A stretch of DNA of 64,000 nucleotides from Marsupella aquatica. Its lineage: Eukaryota > Plantae > Marchantiophyta. Positions 61,742 to 64,000 of the stretch are shown one piece after another. Position 1 is the first letter of the stretch, and the number at the start of each line of letters is the position of its first letter. Location of the stretch: assembly GCA_973895155.1 (NCBI GenBank), contig OZ316892.1, positions 62,001 to 126,000 on the forward strand, written 5' to 3'. The notes beneath the pieces were generated by a model. The model was not told where the DNA came from. It searched no databases and was given only the letters and a program-made list of their open reading frames with translations. The position numbers were made by a program, and so were the translations under genes.

Positions 61742-64000
61742 ACCCAGATTGAAAGCTGTGTTGGGCTGGCTGGAAAGTGACTTCAAATCAGTAGTCACTG
61801 GCAGCGCAGATACAATCAGGGTTTGGGTGTCGCAATTCTGTAACATTAATTTTGAGATTCTGCAATTGGGGGTTGTACCTAGCCCTCTTCTGGCTGAAAG
61901 ACCATTTCATGTAAGAGAAATGTCACGCAAGTTTCGTTTTGAGTGTCGAAATTATAGGTGCGTGAAAGCAAGCTGTTGGCTTGATATGTAGAAACCTCTT
62001 TTGACATCTTAGTTGAGTATTGTCTCTAAGTCATAAGAAGAGTTTGCATACAGTAGCTGCCTTGCTGTGAACATGGTACTGGAAGGGAACTCACATTGGT
62101 GACAGGAGACGAAAATCAAGGGCATAAAGATCAAATGCGCGGATGGCGACCTCCACCAGCAGAAAACTTCGAGCAATGAGTCGTCGAGTTCATCGACTTG
62201 CAGGAAGCCTTTGGCCGAGACTGATGGATGTATTCAGATCTTCGAATACATCCATGTCGAAGATTAGATAATTCAATTCTAGTAAAGTGGCCATGTTCTT
62301 CTGCTTCAAAGGGAGTTGACAGTCTGGATTCGACCAAAACGATATGAACTGTCTGAGCTTCTCAGATTCGCAAGATACGGTCGTGAAACGTGCTCGAAAG
62401 CTTGTTAGCTACTCTGGGGTTAGGGAAGGCGTAAGGGAATAATTCTCAAATGACGCGAGAATGGAAAGATGCACTGTACAGTACTATCGTGGATTATCGG
62501 ACAAGGCAGGAAAGTGGACTGTATTTGCAGTAGAAACTTTGCTACGTTGACCGCATGATTGAATCCGAAAGCTCATAGACCGTGCGCGTGAACGTAGAAG
62601 GGAGCATAGTTCTGCAAGGAATAGTGGAGTAGCATGCTTCTGGAGGTATTCTATGTTGCGAGCAAACAGGAGTTTTGCTAGCGAGGCACACATGCTAGCG
62701 AGGCAACTTTCTGGGTACCATCAGGGTAACTGAGGGGGATTCCGAAGTAAGATTGTGGATTGTTTTATTCTAAAACAGCTATGAAAAAGGGAAAACCAGA
62801 TACTTGAACATCCACAACCCAGAAACTTGAGATCTTTACAACCTTAAATTGAATGACGAGGCATCATCAATCTCAACAGAACTAGTTTAGAAACCTTTCA
62901 CAATCCACCTTTAATAAAACTATGTATTGATATACATGTTCTGGAATGAGATTCCATCCAAAATTGATCATTAGTCATTGAGAATCCTCTGATTCCAAAT
63001 CATCTGAAGAATTACTAGGATTGCTACTCAACTCCCTATCAATCTTCTCAGCTGATTCGTCAAAATACTATGCGACAATACCAGTCTCATCATCTATGAA
63101 CTGAGGGCAGTAAAGGGCATTTTTAGCACCCCTCACTAACCGCAGACCTTTCCCCTCCCAAGTCAAAATGACTGGCGCTTCATCAACCTCCTTTGCAGAC
63201 TTTTCAGCATAGCAAGGAAGCGTGAATCCCTTCTCAGGGGTCACAAGAAAATTATCCTCGATTTATTTTTGAAGACGGAATCTCTCCTCCAAAAACCAAT
63301 GCGAATGCCTATCACTGAAGAAATCACCAACATAGGATCAATACTACGCATCCGAAAATTCTAGAAATAATAGAAACACACCAAATAGGGAGTTCTACAT
63401 CAAAGGCCAAGTACTTTACTCCACGTCGAATTCATCCTTCTCGTCTGAAGGTCCGCCCTGATCATCTCCTGGGATGGTGAACTCATCGTCCGATCCTTCA
63501 TCATTGGGGTCCTCTTTCTTCTGATCTGCGGCCCCTTTCAACTTCTAGGCATGTTGAAATGCCAAAATTTTAGCAAATTAGATTAGTGGAATTTAAGTTA
63601 ATTATCGAGTTACAGTTAAGTAGAGGTCGGATCACTAGGGCAATCACTATTTAAACCCTAAAAACCTGACCAGAACTTCATTTTATCCAATCGAGGTTCA
63701 ATTTTTGGTCTAGCGGCAACTTTACAGAGATGGAACAATCTGGAGTCATATGCGTAGTTGTAGTAACCATTGAAGCAATTTGGGGCATGCATGGTAGTGA
63801 GATAGTTTATGAGGATGCGATATTCTATTGGAAGATGGAAAAATGTGTGCCTTAGGGCCAAGTGCTCGCAGAGTTAGACTGAGCAGAGAAAATCAGAATG
63901 CAGGGTTGTCAATGCACAATCGAGTCAATCACTTTTGTTGAACAGTAGGTTTAGGGCAATACATGTATACACAGTTTCTTTGTGCAAATCAATATCGTTG

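Noticed and set aside
62900-63560. Acidic, stop-ridden minus-strand coding-like remnant
   Set aside because: It is too degraded to assign to any family, although it is probably TE-derived.

Overview
This is eukaryotic, land-plant nuclear DNA. It is probably a bryophyte, judging from the moss/liverwort-style PLS-DYW PPR gene and the TTTAGGG-type repeats. The window is mostly transposon-derived: Ty3/Gypsy integrase and gag-protease remnants, a 3.8-kb solo-LTR-like element with a 5-bp TSD, a 5'-truncated LINE with a 16-bp TSD, and several satellites. The one clearly intact host gene is a PPR-DYW RNA-editing factor (58.6-61.7 kb). The most unusual part is about 9.6-49.4 kb. It holds an intronless 1652-aa ORF resembling fungal telomere-linked RecQ helicases, with C2H2 fingers and an apparent tyrosine-recombinase motif set fused upstream of the helicase. 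This ORF sits between two ~1.2-kb direct repeats, one of which has acquired (CCCTAAA)3. Around it are decayed chimeric genes that share one transposon-type N-terminal domain, fused either to a TRF/telobox Myb domain or to coiled-coil repeats plus a CHR27/28-like SNF2-RING remodeller. A captured CXIP4 fragment and a TET/JBP-like 2OG-Fe(II) dioxygenase pseudogene also lie here. Together these suggest, by inference only, a large cargo-carrying YR-helicase mobile element with telomere/chromatin-related cargo. Its boundaries could not be fixed, and all family assignments are by eye with no database searches.
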